Shown piece after piece: positions 19,535 to 29,932 of a stretch of DNA of 64,000 nt. Position numbers and translations under genes: made by a program. Numbering within the stretch: position 1 is the first letter of the stretch; the number at the start of each line of letters is the position of its first letter. The stretch lies in the IMG/VR virus record IMGVR_UViG_2693429637_000011. The stretch is one strand, 5' to 3'. Origin of the DNA: a virus (lineage: Duplodnaviria; Heunggongvirae; Uroviricota; Caudoviricetes). The notes beneath the pieces were generated by a model. That model was not told the DNA's origin, made no database searches, and was given only the letters and a program-made list of their open reading frames with translations.

Positions 19535-20161
19535 CTAATCATACATTGAAGTATTAATAACAAGAACTTTGTCTACATAAGGCTTTCGAATATCCCATGT
19601 TGCACCACCTGAATAATGCTCACAGGAATATATTTTATTTCCTGTAGCGCCAGTGGATGTGGTATAAATCGGTCGATCATAAGGAGTTCTTTTCCAGTTA
19701 TAATACCCGACCAGTGCAGGCATAATTGCGCATGGATATCCAAGGTCCTTTTCAAATTTGATATCAACAGGTATTAACTTCGCGTCAAGCAGCATCATTT
19801 CGCCATGGTAAATCATCTCACCCAACGGATTATACATGGCGATACCATACTCAGAAGGTTGAGTAACCATATTCGCAAAAGCATAAACAGTCGTAACACC
19901 AGGATTCGTTCCCCTGACAATTTGATGAAGCCTTAAGGCATGATATCCATCAATCTGTTCATGCGTGTACATGACATCGGCCTTCTTCTCTGTTCTGATA
20001 AAGAAAAAACAACTTTTTCCTGACGGAATTGACGTTTTAAAAAAAGCCTTCTCAGTCGCCGGAATAGTTCCCTTATTGATCAGACACTGAGGCGTAAACC
20101 CCGGGCTTATCCACAAGCTGCCATCTGGTTTCGTAATGCTTAAACCATACATACAACTCAC
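19535..20161 (-). CDS. Hypothetical protein (low-GC accessory gene)
   Basis: 208-aa ORF, AT-rich, overlaps next gene by 4 nt. Confidence 0.4.
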   Translation of the reverse strand: MSCMYGLSITKPDGSLWISPGFTPQCLINKGTIPATEKAFFKTSIPSGKSCFFFIRTEKKADVMYTHEQIDGYHALRLHQIVRGTNPGVTTVYAFANMVTQPSEYGIAMYNPLGEMIYHGEMMLLDAKLIPVDIKFEKDLGYPCAIMPALVGYYNWKRTPYDRPIYTTSTGATGNKIYSCEHYSGGATWDIRKPYVDKVLVINTSMYD

Positions 20162-20436
20162 CCCCAGAATGTATAAATATATGACCCCATCCCCTGCTCA
20201 AGATTTGACCACATCACCGTATTGCCATTAATGGTTATCTTCGGTACTTTCCGGTCCTTAAATACATTATTCCACGGAAATAATGAACAGACTGCCTGCA
20301 ATGTTTTCCCTTCTGGTTTATTCGTATACGTTTTTGATCCCGACTCCGCCGTAAACCTGTCCAGGAAAAATATGGGAGTAAGCACGCCCGTAACATTAAC
20401 GTTATTTCTGTTATAAATGGCAAAACCGTATTCCAA
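20158..20436 (-). CDS. Hypothetical protein (low-GC accessory gene)
   Basis: 92-aa ORF translationally coupled to downstream gene. Confidence 0.35.
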   Translation of the reverse strand: MEYGFAIYNRNNVNVTGVLTPIFFLDRFTAESGSKTYTNKPEGKTLQAVCSLFPWNNVFKDRKVPKITINGNTVMWSNLEQGMGSYIYTFWG

Positions 20437-20450
20437 TACTCACCTCCTGA

Positions 20451-21725
20451 TCAGCGTAATCTGCCTATGCGAACAGCCAGTCGTCCATTCTGATCATAAA
20501 CCTCAATTTTATCATTGCGGATCACCAGTCCTACATTCTGATTAGAGTAACGAATTGTCAGTTGCCCTTGTGACGTAACACTGAAAAGGCCTCCAATATT
20601 CAGGTTACCCTGAGAATCAACCTGAAAGTTTCCGTTCTGAATAACGGCACTCCGGATAACTGGCGAAGTGATACTTACCCCGGCTTTTACCTCATCCGCC
20701 ACAACCTTCCGCGACACCAGTGTTTCAATCACCGCGTCATAAATCATCGCTTTCGGGATCACTACCTTGCCACCTGATACCGCAAACGGATAGGCGGTGT
20801 TATCCGGATTATTCGGGTCAAAGACAAACAGCTGTGACGCAGAAATTGCAACCTGACTTACAGGCCTGCCTTCACTGTCTTTTCCGGCGACAATCCCGAT
20901 CCCCGCAGTGATGCCATCAACTCCCGCTTTTTTTGACCACATCGCAAGGAAGGCCTCACCGCCTTCTTTATCCAGTTTAGTGATGCGCTTGTCGACCTCA
21001 TTAAGCGATTCACTGGTTGACGAATCCAGTGTGGTTATGCGGGTTTCAATACCACCAATCGTTCTTGTCGTTTCCTCCCTGAGAGCCCCCACAACTTCGG
21101 TTGTCTTAATTGCCGCATCCTTTACAGCCTGCCCCTGCGCGTTTTTTATTTCCTTGCGAAGCTCTTCTATGACGGGAGACTTCGCCGCCTCTTCTTTTAT
21201 CTGGTCAATCACCGCCTGAACTGATATCTGTGTCTGTGCTGCCACGCCTGCCACTGCGTGCCACGGCCCCTTCACTCCCGCTGCATTGACAAAGCGTATC
21301 CAGTAAAATCCCGACCAACCCGGGTCAACCGGATCACCATAAACCTGCCCCGGTGTCGTGGCAACCAGCACAGCATCTGAAAGGTCGTCCTTCGTTCCCC
21401 GCCAGATTTCTGTCAGTGAATGCCCCCGATAATTGGCCACATCCCATTCCAGAAGAACTGAACCAAATCCTCCGGTCGCCTTAAAATTCAGTGGTTTTGT
21501 GGGAAAATCAACAGCCATTAAGGTGCTGTCAATGTCAACTCCTGGATTCAGTGCATATGAGGTACCCGCACCACCCTGTGTACGACGTCGGGCAAGTTTA
21601 AGGCCAACCAGCTCTTCACGGGTCACAAAAGCATGACGACCGTCGCCACGCTGCCCGGTGCCAATTTCCATATTTTCCACAACAGCGGATAAATCCTTCC
21701 CCGCCCGCCACGGTTTTTTGCTCAT
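20451..21725 (-). CDS. Tail fibre/host-specificity-like protein
   Basis: 424 aa in tail module; beta-rich, possible FN3-like segment; position by synteny. Confidence 0.4.
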   Translation of the reverse strand: MSKKPWRAGKDLSAVVENMEIGTGQRGDGRHAFVTREELVGLKLARRRTQGGAGTSYALNPGVDIDSTLMAVDFPTKPLNFKATGGFGSVLLEWDVANYRGHSLTEIWRGTKDDLSDAVLVATTPGQVYGDPVDPGWSGFYWIRFVNAAGVKGPWHAVAGVAAQTQISVQAVIDQIKEEAAKSPVIEELRKEIKNAQGQAVKDAAIKTTEVVGALREETTRTIGGIETRITTLDSSTSESLNEVDKRITKLDKEGGEAFLAMWSKKAGVDGITAGIGIVAGKDSEGRPVSQVAISASQLFVFDPNNPDNTAYPFAVSGGKVVIPKAMIYDAVIETLVSRKVVADEVKAGVSITSPVIRSAVIQNGNFQVDSQGNLNIGGLFSVTSQGQLTIRYSNQNVGLVIRNDKIEVYDQNGRLAVRIGRLR

Positions 21726-23347
21726 ATCGGTAACTCCGACATCGATGTACTCAGGGTTATTCGTTCCACCTGCCCAAATCCGGATACCATCACCTGCCAG
21801 TTTTGCCCGGTTGCTGCCGGAAGTCTCACCACACTTCCCTTAAACGTACCCGGCGCAAAATGAATAACAGGAACATCATCAGCCATAACGGTGATCCCCA
21901 CCCGCTCAGGTGCTGGAGATTTCACCCTGATACAGGAAAAAGAGGTTCTTTCAGGCAATGAAAAAATTTTTGAATGCCACCTTATCGTGGACGGCAGAGA
22001 GCCCCCAGCAAGCACTGACATTTTGTCTCCTGTCACCACGCGCATCATATCTTTTGCGAGATCAACCCATGCGCAGTCAAACGGTGTACTGAGATAGCGG
22101 ATATCCATGTTCACCGGGCTGAAGACAAACACATCCTGCTTACCATCAGGTTTCGTGTAACAGGCAATGTACTCACCACGCCATGAGTAAGCCACAATGG
22201 ACGACGGATTAAACTGACTCTGCCACTGTTCTGGTGAAATGATTTTTTCCGTTACCACGGCTGTACTGCCGCCTGCATCAACCGATACCAGGCCATTTGT
22301 TCCTGCATACAGCACGAATCCCTCCATCGCCACCATACTTCTTCGGCTCAGGCATGCCTGCATGGAAGGGATTTTGGAACCAGAAATTGTGGACGGTGAT
22401 ACCCCACTGAACAAATAAGGCTCCCCCTTTGTCGCCACCACCAGTGACGTTCCCAGCGGACAGATAGCTACAATATCTTCTGCCGTCGTGTGACGATTCA
22501 CTTCCGGCCATGCATACGGCAGATACGCTTCCGAAAACATCACTTCATTACCGGCAAACCCGGCGGCAATACCGTTAGCCATCAGGCAAAGGCCTGTCAT
22601 ATTCTCTGGCGGCGGCAGGTAATCCCATGTTGCCAGGGAAGGCCCAAGGTTTTTCGCCGGTATTTTGTCCGTGTAACTGAGCACGGATGCATCCAGTTCA
22701 GCCACAAGTAAAAAATCCGCCTCCCCTCCACCTGATGCAGAGCGATAAATCCGGCGACGTTTAATACTGGCATTCTGCAATGGCACCGGAGCCAGCGTCA
22801 GTTGTACCGCAGTTCCCGGAGTACGGAGTGTTACCTCCAGAGACGCCGGACCTGGCGGACCTTCTTCACCATAATCTGAGACAAAGGTTTCCGTATAAAA
22901 CCGGGTTTCATCATCATTCGGGTTATCGTCAGAAACATCACCGCCCTGCTGAACAGTACAGACAGGAGCTGTCGTCGGCGCGGGGATCCCAAGACGATAC
23001 GATGATGTCGGGTGATTCCCGTCCCCTTTTGTGGCAATGGTCGCATCCGTCACTTTAGGAAAACGCCCGTCAGTGTAGTAAATACGCCCGTGGGGGTCCT
23101 GAGCGATCGGACTGCGGATCACATCCACCACATCCGGCCATGCAAACCAAAAATCGTCATGGTAATGAAAAATTGTTTTTGGCTTAATTGTGAATGTTTT
23201 CTCAACCTCTGACATCTCGTGTTCAGGCGTGATCACGCCATAGCGAAAATGACAGTTTTCTGCCAGTACAGCAGAATTATCAGGAAGCATAGATGCAATA
23301 ACGCCTGGCATCATCCCGCGCATAGTGGTTATATCGATATAAGGCAT
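21722..23347 (-). CDS. Tail structural protein
   Basis: 541-aa ORF overlapping downstream gene start; position in tail module. Confidence 0.4.
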   Translation of the reverse strand: MPYIDITTMRGMMPGVIASMLPDNSAVLAENCHFRYGVITPEHEMSEVEKTFTIKPKTIFHYHDDFWFAWPDVVDVIRSPIAQDPHGRIYYTDGRFPKVTDATIATKGDGNHPTSSYRLGIPAPTTAPVCTVQQGGDVSDDNPNDDETRFYTETFVSDYGEEGPPGPASLEVTLRTPGTAVQLTLAPVPLQNASIKRRRIYRSASGGGEADFLLVAELDASVLSYTDKIPAKNLGPSLATWDYLPPPENMTGLCLMANGIAAGFAGNEVMFSEAYLPYAWPEVNRHTTAEDIVAICPLGTSLVVATKGEPYLFSGVSPSTISGSKIPSMQACLSRRSMVAMEGFVLYAGTNGLVSVDAGGSTAVVTEKIISPEQWQSQFNPSSIVAYSWRGEYIACYTKPDGKQDVFVFSPVNMDIRYLSTPFDCAWVDLAKDMMRVVTGDKMSVLAGGSLPSTIRWHSKIFSLPERTSFSCIRVKSPAPERVGITVMADDVPVIHFAPGTFKGSVVRLPAATGQNWQVMVSGFGQVERITLSTSMSELPI

Positions 23348-23689
23348 GGTTATCTGGTATCCGAAAATTTGAATGGCAGACGAGGTGGAATAATTAATCC
23401 CGGCACAATTTCACGACGTCAACCCGTACAGGAGTCGCTCTTACCGCCCGTCCACATGCAGGGAATTCGCAATGTCCGGCGAAAATGGCATCGTAAATGA
23501 AGCATGTAATCGCGCACGGGAAAAATATGGATTTCCAAAAATCTGAATATTCTCCGCCGTGCAAAAATGCGAACAACATCACTTCACTAATCAGCCTGAT
23601 ATGGCATACTTAGCACGCTAACTATGATAACAAACTAATACCCTAAAACTCATTACATCGGGACTGGCCGTGGTCCCGTTTTTTTTTAT

Positions 23690-23902
23690 TCAGCCAGCAG
23701 GCCATCCGACAACATAACTGCGGATCGCCTTCAGGTCTGTCAGCGCCTCAACCTCGGCTTTCATCTGCAACTGCCGTGTATTAATCTCCACTCCCTTCGC
23801 AAACATCGCTAGCTCTGTCGCTTCACTCAGTGCCATCAATGATGCTGCCGTCATTGGCACATCATTATTATCAGCATCCGTCCGGAAAAATTTCTCTGGC
23901 AA
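23690..23902 (-). CDS. Small hypothetical tail-module protein
   Basis: 70-aa ORF. Confidence 0.3.
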   Translation of the reverse strand: MPEKFFRTDADNNDVPMTAASLMALSEATELAMFAKGVEINTRQLQMKAEVEALTDLKAIRSYVVGWPAG

Positions 23903-23977
23903 CTTAAAACAATATCCTATATATCCGGCGTCTCCGGTATGTAGAACGTGAAGTTTTTAAAATTATTCATTTACCAT

Positions 23978-24535
23978 TTAACTAATTTTTAGATCCTGGG
24001 GTACTCCCGTCTTTTTCATTGCCTCCACGAAAGCGGAACTAACAGAACCTGACCAGTAATACTGGAACCCACTAACAACGCCCTGATAAATCATGGTTTG
24101 TGTAGCACCACCTACGTTTACGGTGATGTTACCTGCTTTACCACCGGCTAAATAAACAGCAGCTGTCGGTGTAGAGTTCGTCAAAAAGTGAGAAAGTGTA
24201 ACGACAGCCCCTACCAGCCTCCCTGATCCGCAGCTTGCGGCGTTTGTAATTGTACCTTTACTTTTTTCTTCTAAAGGCCAGTCAGCGCCAACTGCGCCCC
24301 AGTTATCAACCTTGTCAGAGGATTTCCATTTATAGTACTCAGTTGCAATTTTACAGCCCATAGTTCGCCCAACCATTTGGCTCATCATAAAAGGTTTACT
24401 CAGTCCCAGTTTGGTTCCGGCGGCTCCCATCCACTGCTCACCTGTTTCGCTCTTAGCCGAAGAGCCTACCCATCCCGATGTTACCCCCATCTCATCTCCC
24501 CCTTCTGAATGCGTGGGGTGAGTGTCACCCCACAA
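23978..24535 (-). CDS. Hypothetical tail-associated protein
   Basis: 185-aa ORF downstream of tail fibre gene. Confidence 0.4.
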   Translation of the reverse strand: MWGDTHPTHSEGGDEMGVTSGWVGSSAKSETGEQWMGAAGTKLGLSKPFMMSQMVGRTMGCKIATEYYKWKSSDKVDNWGAVGADWPLEEKSKGTITNAASCGSGRLVGAVVTLSHFLTNSTPTAAVYLAGGKAGNITVNVGGATQTMIYQGVVSGFQYYWSGSVSSAFVEAMKKTGVPQDLKIS

Positions 24536-24575
24536 TTTAAATTCAGTAGAAACCAGAAACTACAACAGCTGTCGT

Positions 24576-26546
24576 TTACTTCTCCCGGAGTTCTTTAATC
24601 TCATGACGAAGTGTTTTAAAGCCCTCGACTAACAATGCAATTATGCCGTTGTAGTTAAGACGCAGACGTTTTTCACCAGATATAACGTCTGCGTCTTCAG
24701 TTACCAGTTCAGGCAATGCTTTTTGTGCATCCTGAGCAATTAAACCAACCGACGTTTGCCAACCGTCGGCAGAGTACTGTATCTCGTAAAGATAACCAGT
24801 AAGTGCCTCCAGACGATCTAACGCATTATCCAGTTTTACCAGATTTCGCTTGTTGCGTTTATCCGAACGGATCTGAACATCGTTAAATGAGCCGTTTCCG
24901 GTCACCGTCAAATTGCCATTAATACCACCATTAAAAGTTTGTGCCTGAGTCCATGTATTGGCAGTAGTAAGCAGTTCTGTTCCTTGCCCGGGGGCTCCAG
25001 TGTCTCCCTTCGGTCCCTGTGGCCCCGCCGGACCTGCTGGTCCAGCCACTCCCGGATCACCTTTATCGCCTTTCGACCCCGGCGCACCTGCCGGACCTGC
25101 TGGTCCAGCCACCCCCGGATCGCCTTTGTCACCTTTTGGCCCCTGTGCGCCTGCCGGGCCTGCGGCTCCCGTATCCCCTTTCGGTCCCTGTGGGCCTGCC
25201 GGACCCGTATCGCCCTTGTCTCCCTTCGGGCCGGGAACGCCACCACCTGCAGCAACCTCTTCTGCCTTCTGTCTCGCCGCCTTGGCCTCATCCATTGCCG
25301 CCTTCACAGCCTTCGACGTGGCAGCCTTTGTTTCGTCATTACTGGCAGTATCACTACTTAGCTGCACAATTCCCTTCTGTGCCGTCGTCGCGTCCACCAC
25401 ATTTGCTGCGCTGCCCGCCGGACCAGGCTCCCCGCGGGGGCCCTCAGGCCCAGCTTCGCCTCGTTCACCTTTCGGACCTGCCGGACCTGTCGCACCGGCA
25501 TCTCCTTTCGGTCCCTGCGGCCCCGCCGGGCCTCTCTCTCCTGCAGGTCCGCGTAGCCCCTGCTCTCCCTGAGGCCCTCGTTCTCCCGGCTCACCTTTTT
25601 CACCTGCGGGACCGGCTGGTCCGGTGTCACCTTTAGGTCCCGCATCACCTTTCGGCCCGGGTGGTCCCCCCGGGTCTCCGGGGGCTCCTTTTTCACCTCT
25701 GGCCCCGGTTTCACCTCGTGGACCAGCAGGCCCCTGAATCCCCCGCTCTCCTTGCGGCCCCACCGGTCCTGTTTCACCGCGTGGTCCTTGTGCGCCTTGT
25801 GGACCTGTTTCTCCACGAGGGCCTGCATCACCTTTCGGTCCGGTATCACCTTTAGGGCCTCTGGCATTCTCTGCCATACGCCTGGCCTCTTCAGCACTAA
25901 CCGTAGCAGCCTCAGCACGTTTAAGAACGTCTCCGGCGGCCTCATGAGCCACTCTGGCGGTTTCAGCATGTTGTCTGGCATCATTCGCGTCTGCTGCCGC
26001 GGCCTTTTCAGACTCGCATGCCCGGGTCGCTGCTTCTGCAGCTTCACTGGCTTTTTGTCCGGCTTCAGCCGCCCTGCTGGTTGCCGTCTTTGCACTGTCA
26101 GATGCACTCTTCGCACTGGCTGCTGCACTGTCTTTTGACTGTGTGGCCTGAGTGTTTTTTGTCGCCGTGTCTTCATTCAGGCGACGAATAGTGGCAAGGT
26201 CATCAGCCACATTATTCTGTATCTGCCGGAAATCTGTCAGCAGTTCTCCGGGTATGCTCACCTCAACAAGACTGCGGCGTAACAGCATATTGAGCGTCAC
26301 CGTACTTTCGGTCCCCTCAATACGCACACGTCCGTAGACAGCAGTCTTCCCTTTCACCGTCACCGAAACCGCATACTCCCCCGGTTCCATCGTCATTCCG
26401 TAATATCCACCTTCACGGGTCACTGCCGACGCACTGGTGCCGCTGAGCGCATCCGGTGAAACTGTCAGCGCCGTCAGGGTAATATTTGCTCCTGATATCG
26501 CCTCACCATCAGGAGATTTCAGCGTCCCCGAAACAACAACACTCAC
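24576..26546 (-). CDS. Tail fibre with collagen-like Gly-X-Y repeats and C-terminal intramolecular-chaperone (endosialidase-type autoproteolytic) domain
   Basis: Two long GPxGxxGPxG repeat tracts; C-terminus ...[28 protein letters not shown]...[26 protein letters not shown]. Confidence 0.75.
   Translation of the reverse strand: MSVVVSGTLKSPDGEAISGANITLTALTVSPDALSGTSASAVTREGGYYGMTMEPGEYAVSVTVKGKTAVYGRVRIEGTESTVTLNMLLRRSLVEVSIPGELLTDFRQIQNNVADDLATIRRLNEDTATKNTQATQSKDSAAASAKSASDSAKTATSRAAEAGQKASEAAEAATRACESEKAAAADANDARQHAETARVAHEAAGDVLKRAEAATVSAEEARRMAENARGPKGDTGPKGDAGPRGETGPQGAQGPRGETGPVGPQGERGIQGPAGPRGETGARGEKGAPGDPGGPPGPKGDAGPKGDTGPAGPAGEKGEPGERGPQGEQGLRGPAGERGPAGPQGPKGDAGATGPAGPKGERGEAGPEGPRGEPGPAGSAANVVDATTAQKGIVQLSSDTASNDETKAATSKAVKAAMDEAKAARQKAEEVAAGGGVPGPKGDKGDTGPAGPQGPKGDTGAAGPAGAQGPKGDKGDPGVAGPAGPAGAPGSKGDKGDPGVAGPAGPAGPQGPKGDTGAPGQGTELLTTANTWTQAQTFNGGINGNLTVTGNGSFNDVQIRSDKRNKRNLVKLDNALDRLEALTGYLYEIQYSADGWQTSVGLIAQDAQKALPELVTEDADVISGEKRLRLNYNGIIALLVEGFKTLRHEIKELREK
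25000..25875. repeat. Collagen-like triplet repeats within tail fibre gene
   Basis: Many consecutive Gly-X-Y codon triplets (ggN ccN ...), high GC. Confidence 0.7.
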
Positions 26547-27193
26547 ACTCCACCTCCGTTAAACACTTTTTTACGGGCAGACAATGCACTGTCTGCCCCC
26601 TGTTTGATCCCAAGTTGCTCAACAAAACTCTGATAATGCTGCGCAGCCAGCCCCGATTCTGCGCCACCGGCAGCATCCTTACTGAAAGCGCGAAACAACA
26701 TCCAGTCCACCAGTGGGTTAACATAAGCATCTTCCAGTGGAACTGGCGTATCATCGTCCTGCGTCAGAACATACACTGCCTCCGGTATCCGGCTTACCAC
26801 TGCATCAATACTTATCTCTTTGTCAGGAGCAGGAAACAGCCAGAATACGCGCGGGGACAGGTCGTTGCTGATAAAACATTCAGGAATGCCCTTCATTGTG
26901 AGCCACTCAGGATACTGCGCATCCAGCACCTCCCGGGATAATGGTCTGACTGCACTACCGTCACTGAGGCATATCACGTCAAGAAGTTGTATTACACCAT
27001 CGGGCAAAACCTGACGGGCGCCCGGAACACAACTGATTGTTTCCAGGCTTGCGCCAGCATCCGGTCTCGCCAGAATCACTGCCCTCACAGCATCATTGTA
27101 ATAATCGCACAATTCCTGCAGGGGCCAGCGAACCATCATCGGGTCAACCAGTTGTGTATTCACACGTCCGATGATTTCTGTAATCGTCGTCAT
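26543..27193 (-). CDS. Hypothetical virion protein
   Basis: 216-aa ORF, ATGA overlap with tail fibre gene. Confidence 0.4.
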   Translation of the reverse strand: MTTITEIIGRVNTQLVDPMMVRWPLQELCDYYNDAVRAVILARPDAGASLETISCVPGARQVLPDGVIQLLDVICLSDGSAVRPLSREVLDAQYPEWLTMKGIPECFISNDLSPRVFWLFPAPDKEISIDAVVSRIPEAVYVLTQDDDTPVPLEDAYVNPLVDWMLFRAFSKDAAGGAESGLAAQHYQSFVEQLGIKQGADSALSARKKVFNGGGV

Positions 27194-27756
27194 CAGTAAA
27201 ACCTTTGTCTGCGGACAGGATTGCGGTATGAGGAGTACGGACTTGTCGCCAGTGTGTCGCGATATGCCCGACGGATACCCTCAGAAAACAGCACAGAGAA
27301 ATACTGTGCGCGCGACGGGTCTGACCATGAAACCCCGGTCTGCATGAACAACCGTTCAAGCGCCCCTGCTGCCACTTCTTCAGACCATGCCCGCAGTTCA
27401 TCCTGCACCTGACGGCTCCCTGCTTTCGGAGCAACGGCATAAAGCACACTCACCTCTCCGGGCGAACAGGCAAAATGCATTACCCGCCCCGGGCGGATTT
27501 CTACATCATGACCGGCAAAAAGCTCACGCCCGTCAGCGAGGATACGAATAATATGTACGCACTCTTCATTCTCCGCGTCATATGGCAACACACAGTCCTC
27601 TCCGGCTGACGGTGACAGCGTGACTTCACGGCGGCACAACAGGGACTGACGGCAGAATGCCACTGTCGACATGGATAACGCATCCGTCATCATAATGTTC
27701 AGCGGACCACTGATATGGCGACGAACATACGGTAAAAAATCAGTCAGTTCCGCCAT
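27193..27756 (-). CDS. Hypothetical virion protein
   Basis: Start set at ATG 27756 (RBS ggag ~10 bp upstream); longer ORF would overlap upstream gene. Confidence 0.4.
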   Translation of the reverse strand: MAELTDFLPYVRRHISGPLNIMMTDALSMSTVAFCRQSLLCRREVTLSPSAGEDCVLPYDAENEECVHIIRILADGRELFAGHDVEIRPGRVMHFACSPGEVSVLYAVAPKAGSRQVQDELRAWSEEVAAGALERLFMQTGVSWSDPSRAQYFSVLFSEGIRRAYRDTLATSPYSSYRNPVRRQRFY

Positions 27757-28201
27757 GCTGTTCAGTCTCCGCAACACGACGGCGAAATGCCTCACGCACA
27801 CGGATACGGAATGCATCAGCCGTTTCTTTCGGGTCTTTGTGAATATTCAGCTCTTCTGCCTCACACAACGTTGCCAGCCGTGCGGACGTGAGTTTGCTCA
27901 AATCCACATCCTGACCACCAACGCTAACCACAAAACTGTTCTCCGCTTCTGCAAGAGCAACCTGTTCTCTTTCCTGCGCCTGCTGTGCCTGCCGCAACTG
28001 CTCATCCTGTTGTTGCTTTTTCAGTACGCCATCAAGCTCTTCATGACGAACCCAGACGTCAGAAAAGGCCAGCAACTGCCAGGCAAGCGCACTGTCAACA
28101 TGCACCGGCTCAAGACGCGGAAACAGTGTACGACTCCCGGTAAGGGTATCCTTTTTCACAGGTTTGGGGCCGATATAGACAACGGCAATTTTTTCGCTCA
28201 T
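27740..28201 (-). CDS. Hypothetical virion protein (Gln/Glu-rich)
   Basis: 153-aa ORF, RBS gggga upstream. Confidence 0.4.
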   Translation of the reverse strand: MSEKIAVVYIGPKPVKKDTLTGSRTLFPRLEPVHVDSALAWQLLAFSDVWVRHEELDGVLKKQQQDEQLRQAQQAQEREQVALAEAENSFVVSVGGQDVDLSKLTSARLATLCEAEELNIHKDPKETADAFRIRVREAFRRRVAETEQHGGTD

Positions 28202-28213
28202 ATAATTCCCCGG

Positions 28214-28239
28214 GTAAAAAAGCCCGCATGACGCGGGCC
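28214..28239 (-). terminator. Intrinsic terminator after capsid-proximal gene
   Basis: gcccgc-N5-gcgggc hairpin plus T-run on minus strand. Confidence 0.45.
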
Positions 28240-28251
28240 GGAAGGTTTATA

Positions 28252-28641
28252 TCAGTAACCCACCACGGTATAACGCAGCAGAACATTCAGGGTGCCGGTT
28301 GCAGCGGCAGTCTTAATGGTGACAGTAACCAGCTCCCCGTCACGCAGTGTGGTGTACGGCTCCACGGGCACATATCTGGCAAATTTTGCAGAAACAGCTT
28401 CGCTGTTATCGATGAGAACATGCTCACCGGACTTAATGCTGACGGTTGCAGTACCCAGACCGCCCGTTGAAACCAGTTGCAGTGAGTTGATACGGATACC
28501 AACTGGCAGTGAAAGAAGATGAATAACACTGTCCGCTTCCGCAGCGTTCACTGTAAACACACCTTCTGCCACCGACTCATTACCGTGCGTACCTGAATAA
28601 ATCCGCTCACTCAGTGATGGAGCAAGGATAGTCTTTGCCAT
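28252..28641 (-). CDS. Hypothetical head-associated protein
   Basis: 129-aa ORF directly downstream of capsid gene, followed by terminator. Confidence 0.4.
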   Translation of the reverse strand: MAKTILAPSLSERIYSGTHGNESVAEGVFTVNAAEADSVIHLLSLPVGIRINSLQLVSTGGLGTATVSIKSGEHVLIDNSEAVSAKFARYVPVEPYTTLRDGELVTVTIKTAAATGTLNVLLRYTVVGY

Positions 28642-28695
28642 AATTAATGACTCCTGAAAAAGCCGGGCGATAACCCGGCATGGGGAAAGGAAAAA

Positions 28696-29910
28696 TCAGA
28701 GCTTCACTGCGGTATCAACGGCAATAACGCCGTGATCCTGCATCTTGCCGCTCTTCTCGGGGAAACGGATTTTTTTCAGACCGTTGATCCAGCTGATTGC
28801 TATCTCAGTACGGTTATCCATATCCGTTTTCTTCTCAACCATGTTGAAGTGACCGCCGCCCTTCTGACCGTACGCATTCGCCAGCGCCTGAGCCCCCAGC
28901 AGCATGGCACGGTCGATGTTGGTTGCAGCAGCCTTTTCTGCCATCGTTGCCGTAAGGTCATTGTTCGACACCATAACCTTTGACCCCTGATAGAAACGGA
29001 TCGGCATCCCCGCATACTTACGGACCAGAATATTGCGCCACATCGCACATTCGCCTTTGAACAGCGGATGGTTAAAACCTTTTGAGCGGTTTACGGCACG
29101 CGTCATCATCTGGTTCCAGTCCTTGCCGGACGTGGAGGTGTACCAGTCATTCCACTGACGCGGCGTGACGTAGAGGACGTAATACGGATCTTCGCCATAC
29201 AATTCATCACCGGACAGACGTACCGGTTGTAACGGATGAGCCATCTCGTCAATAAACAACGAGAGATTATCGACCAGCGCAAGGGTGAACAGGTCAGACT
29301 GGTCAATACTCTCAAAACTCGTCGCATCCCCACCGAAAAAATGACGATCATGCGTCGGCGGCAGTACGTCGTTGATCATGATTTTTTTGAATTCAGGGTG
29401 ATCTGCCGTTGGCAGAATGGTGTCATCAGCAACAAAATCACCGCGGGCACCGGCAAGATGCACTATCGCACACTGGTCTTGCAGGTCGTTAAAGTACGTA
29501 CCCAGCAGCGTTCTGGCAGAGGATGCCAGGTTGAACTTCGTACGCTGCTGGCTCATACGTCCGCCCGCATCCACCAGGTGACGGCCCTGATTAATTTTCA
29601 GGGAAAAATCAGCATGGCTGAGGTCTTCACCACGGCCTTCAACGCGCTCATCCCCCATCGTCGGACGTTTAGAGAGTTTGTGCATGATGCTGAACGTCAC
29701 TTCATCACCGGCCTGTTTGTTGAGGTCCGTGATTCGCACAACCGGTGCACCTGCACTGGTCTGCTTCGTGCTTTTCTTGTCAGGCGAAACTGCTTTTGGT
29801 GCATCCTGCTGTTCAGTGAGAATATTCACCATCGAGCGGTTTCGGTTGGCAGCCGTGAAAAGCGCCACCTGATACAGCTTATTCGCCTGGGCTGTTGTTA
29901 CTGTGGTCAT
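28696..29910 (-). CDS. Putative major capsid protein
   Basis: 404-aa ORF after scaffold-like gene; assigned by size and order terminase-portal-scaffold-capsid. Confidence 0.55.
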   Translation of the reverse strand: MTTVTTAQANKLYQVALFTAANRNRSMVNILTEQQDAPKAVSPDKKSTKQTSAGAPVVRITDLNKQAGDEVTFSIMHKLSKRPTMGDERVEGRGEDLSHADFSLKINQGRHLVDAGGRMSQQRTKFNLASSARTLLGTYFNDLQDQCAIVHLAGARGDFVADDTILPTADHPEFKKIMINDVLPPTHDRHFFGGDATSFESIDQSDLFTLALVDNLSLFIDEMAHPLQPVRLSGDELYGEDPYYVLYVTPRQWNDWYTSTSGKDWNQMMTRAVNRSKGFNHPLFKGECAMWRNILVRKYAGMPIRFYQGSKVMVSNNDLTATMAEKAAATNIDRAMLLGAQALANAYGQKGGGHFNMVEKKTDMDNRTEIAISWINGLKKIRFPEKSGKMQDHGVIAVDTAVKL

Positions 29911-29932
29911 TACGTCAGTACTCCTTCAGTGG

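Noticed and set aside
23348-23690. 340-bp gap in the tail module with a plus-strand hairpin plus T-run (~23660-23690) and a 62-aa minus ORF
   Set aside because: ORF has poor coding character; terminator orientation is opposite to the operon; insufficient evidence for a gene or RNA
24908-26176. Long Pro/Ala/Arg-rich ORFs on both strands across the tail fibre gene
   Set aside because: Artefacts of the GC-rich collagen-like triplet repeats, which stay open in several frames
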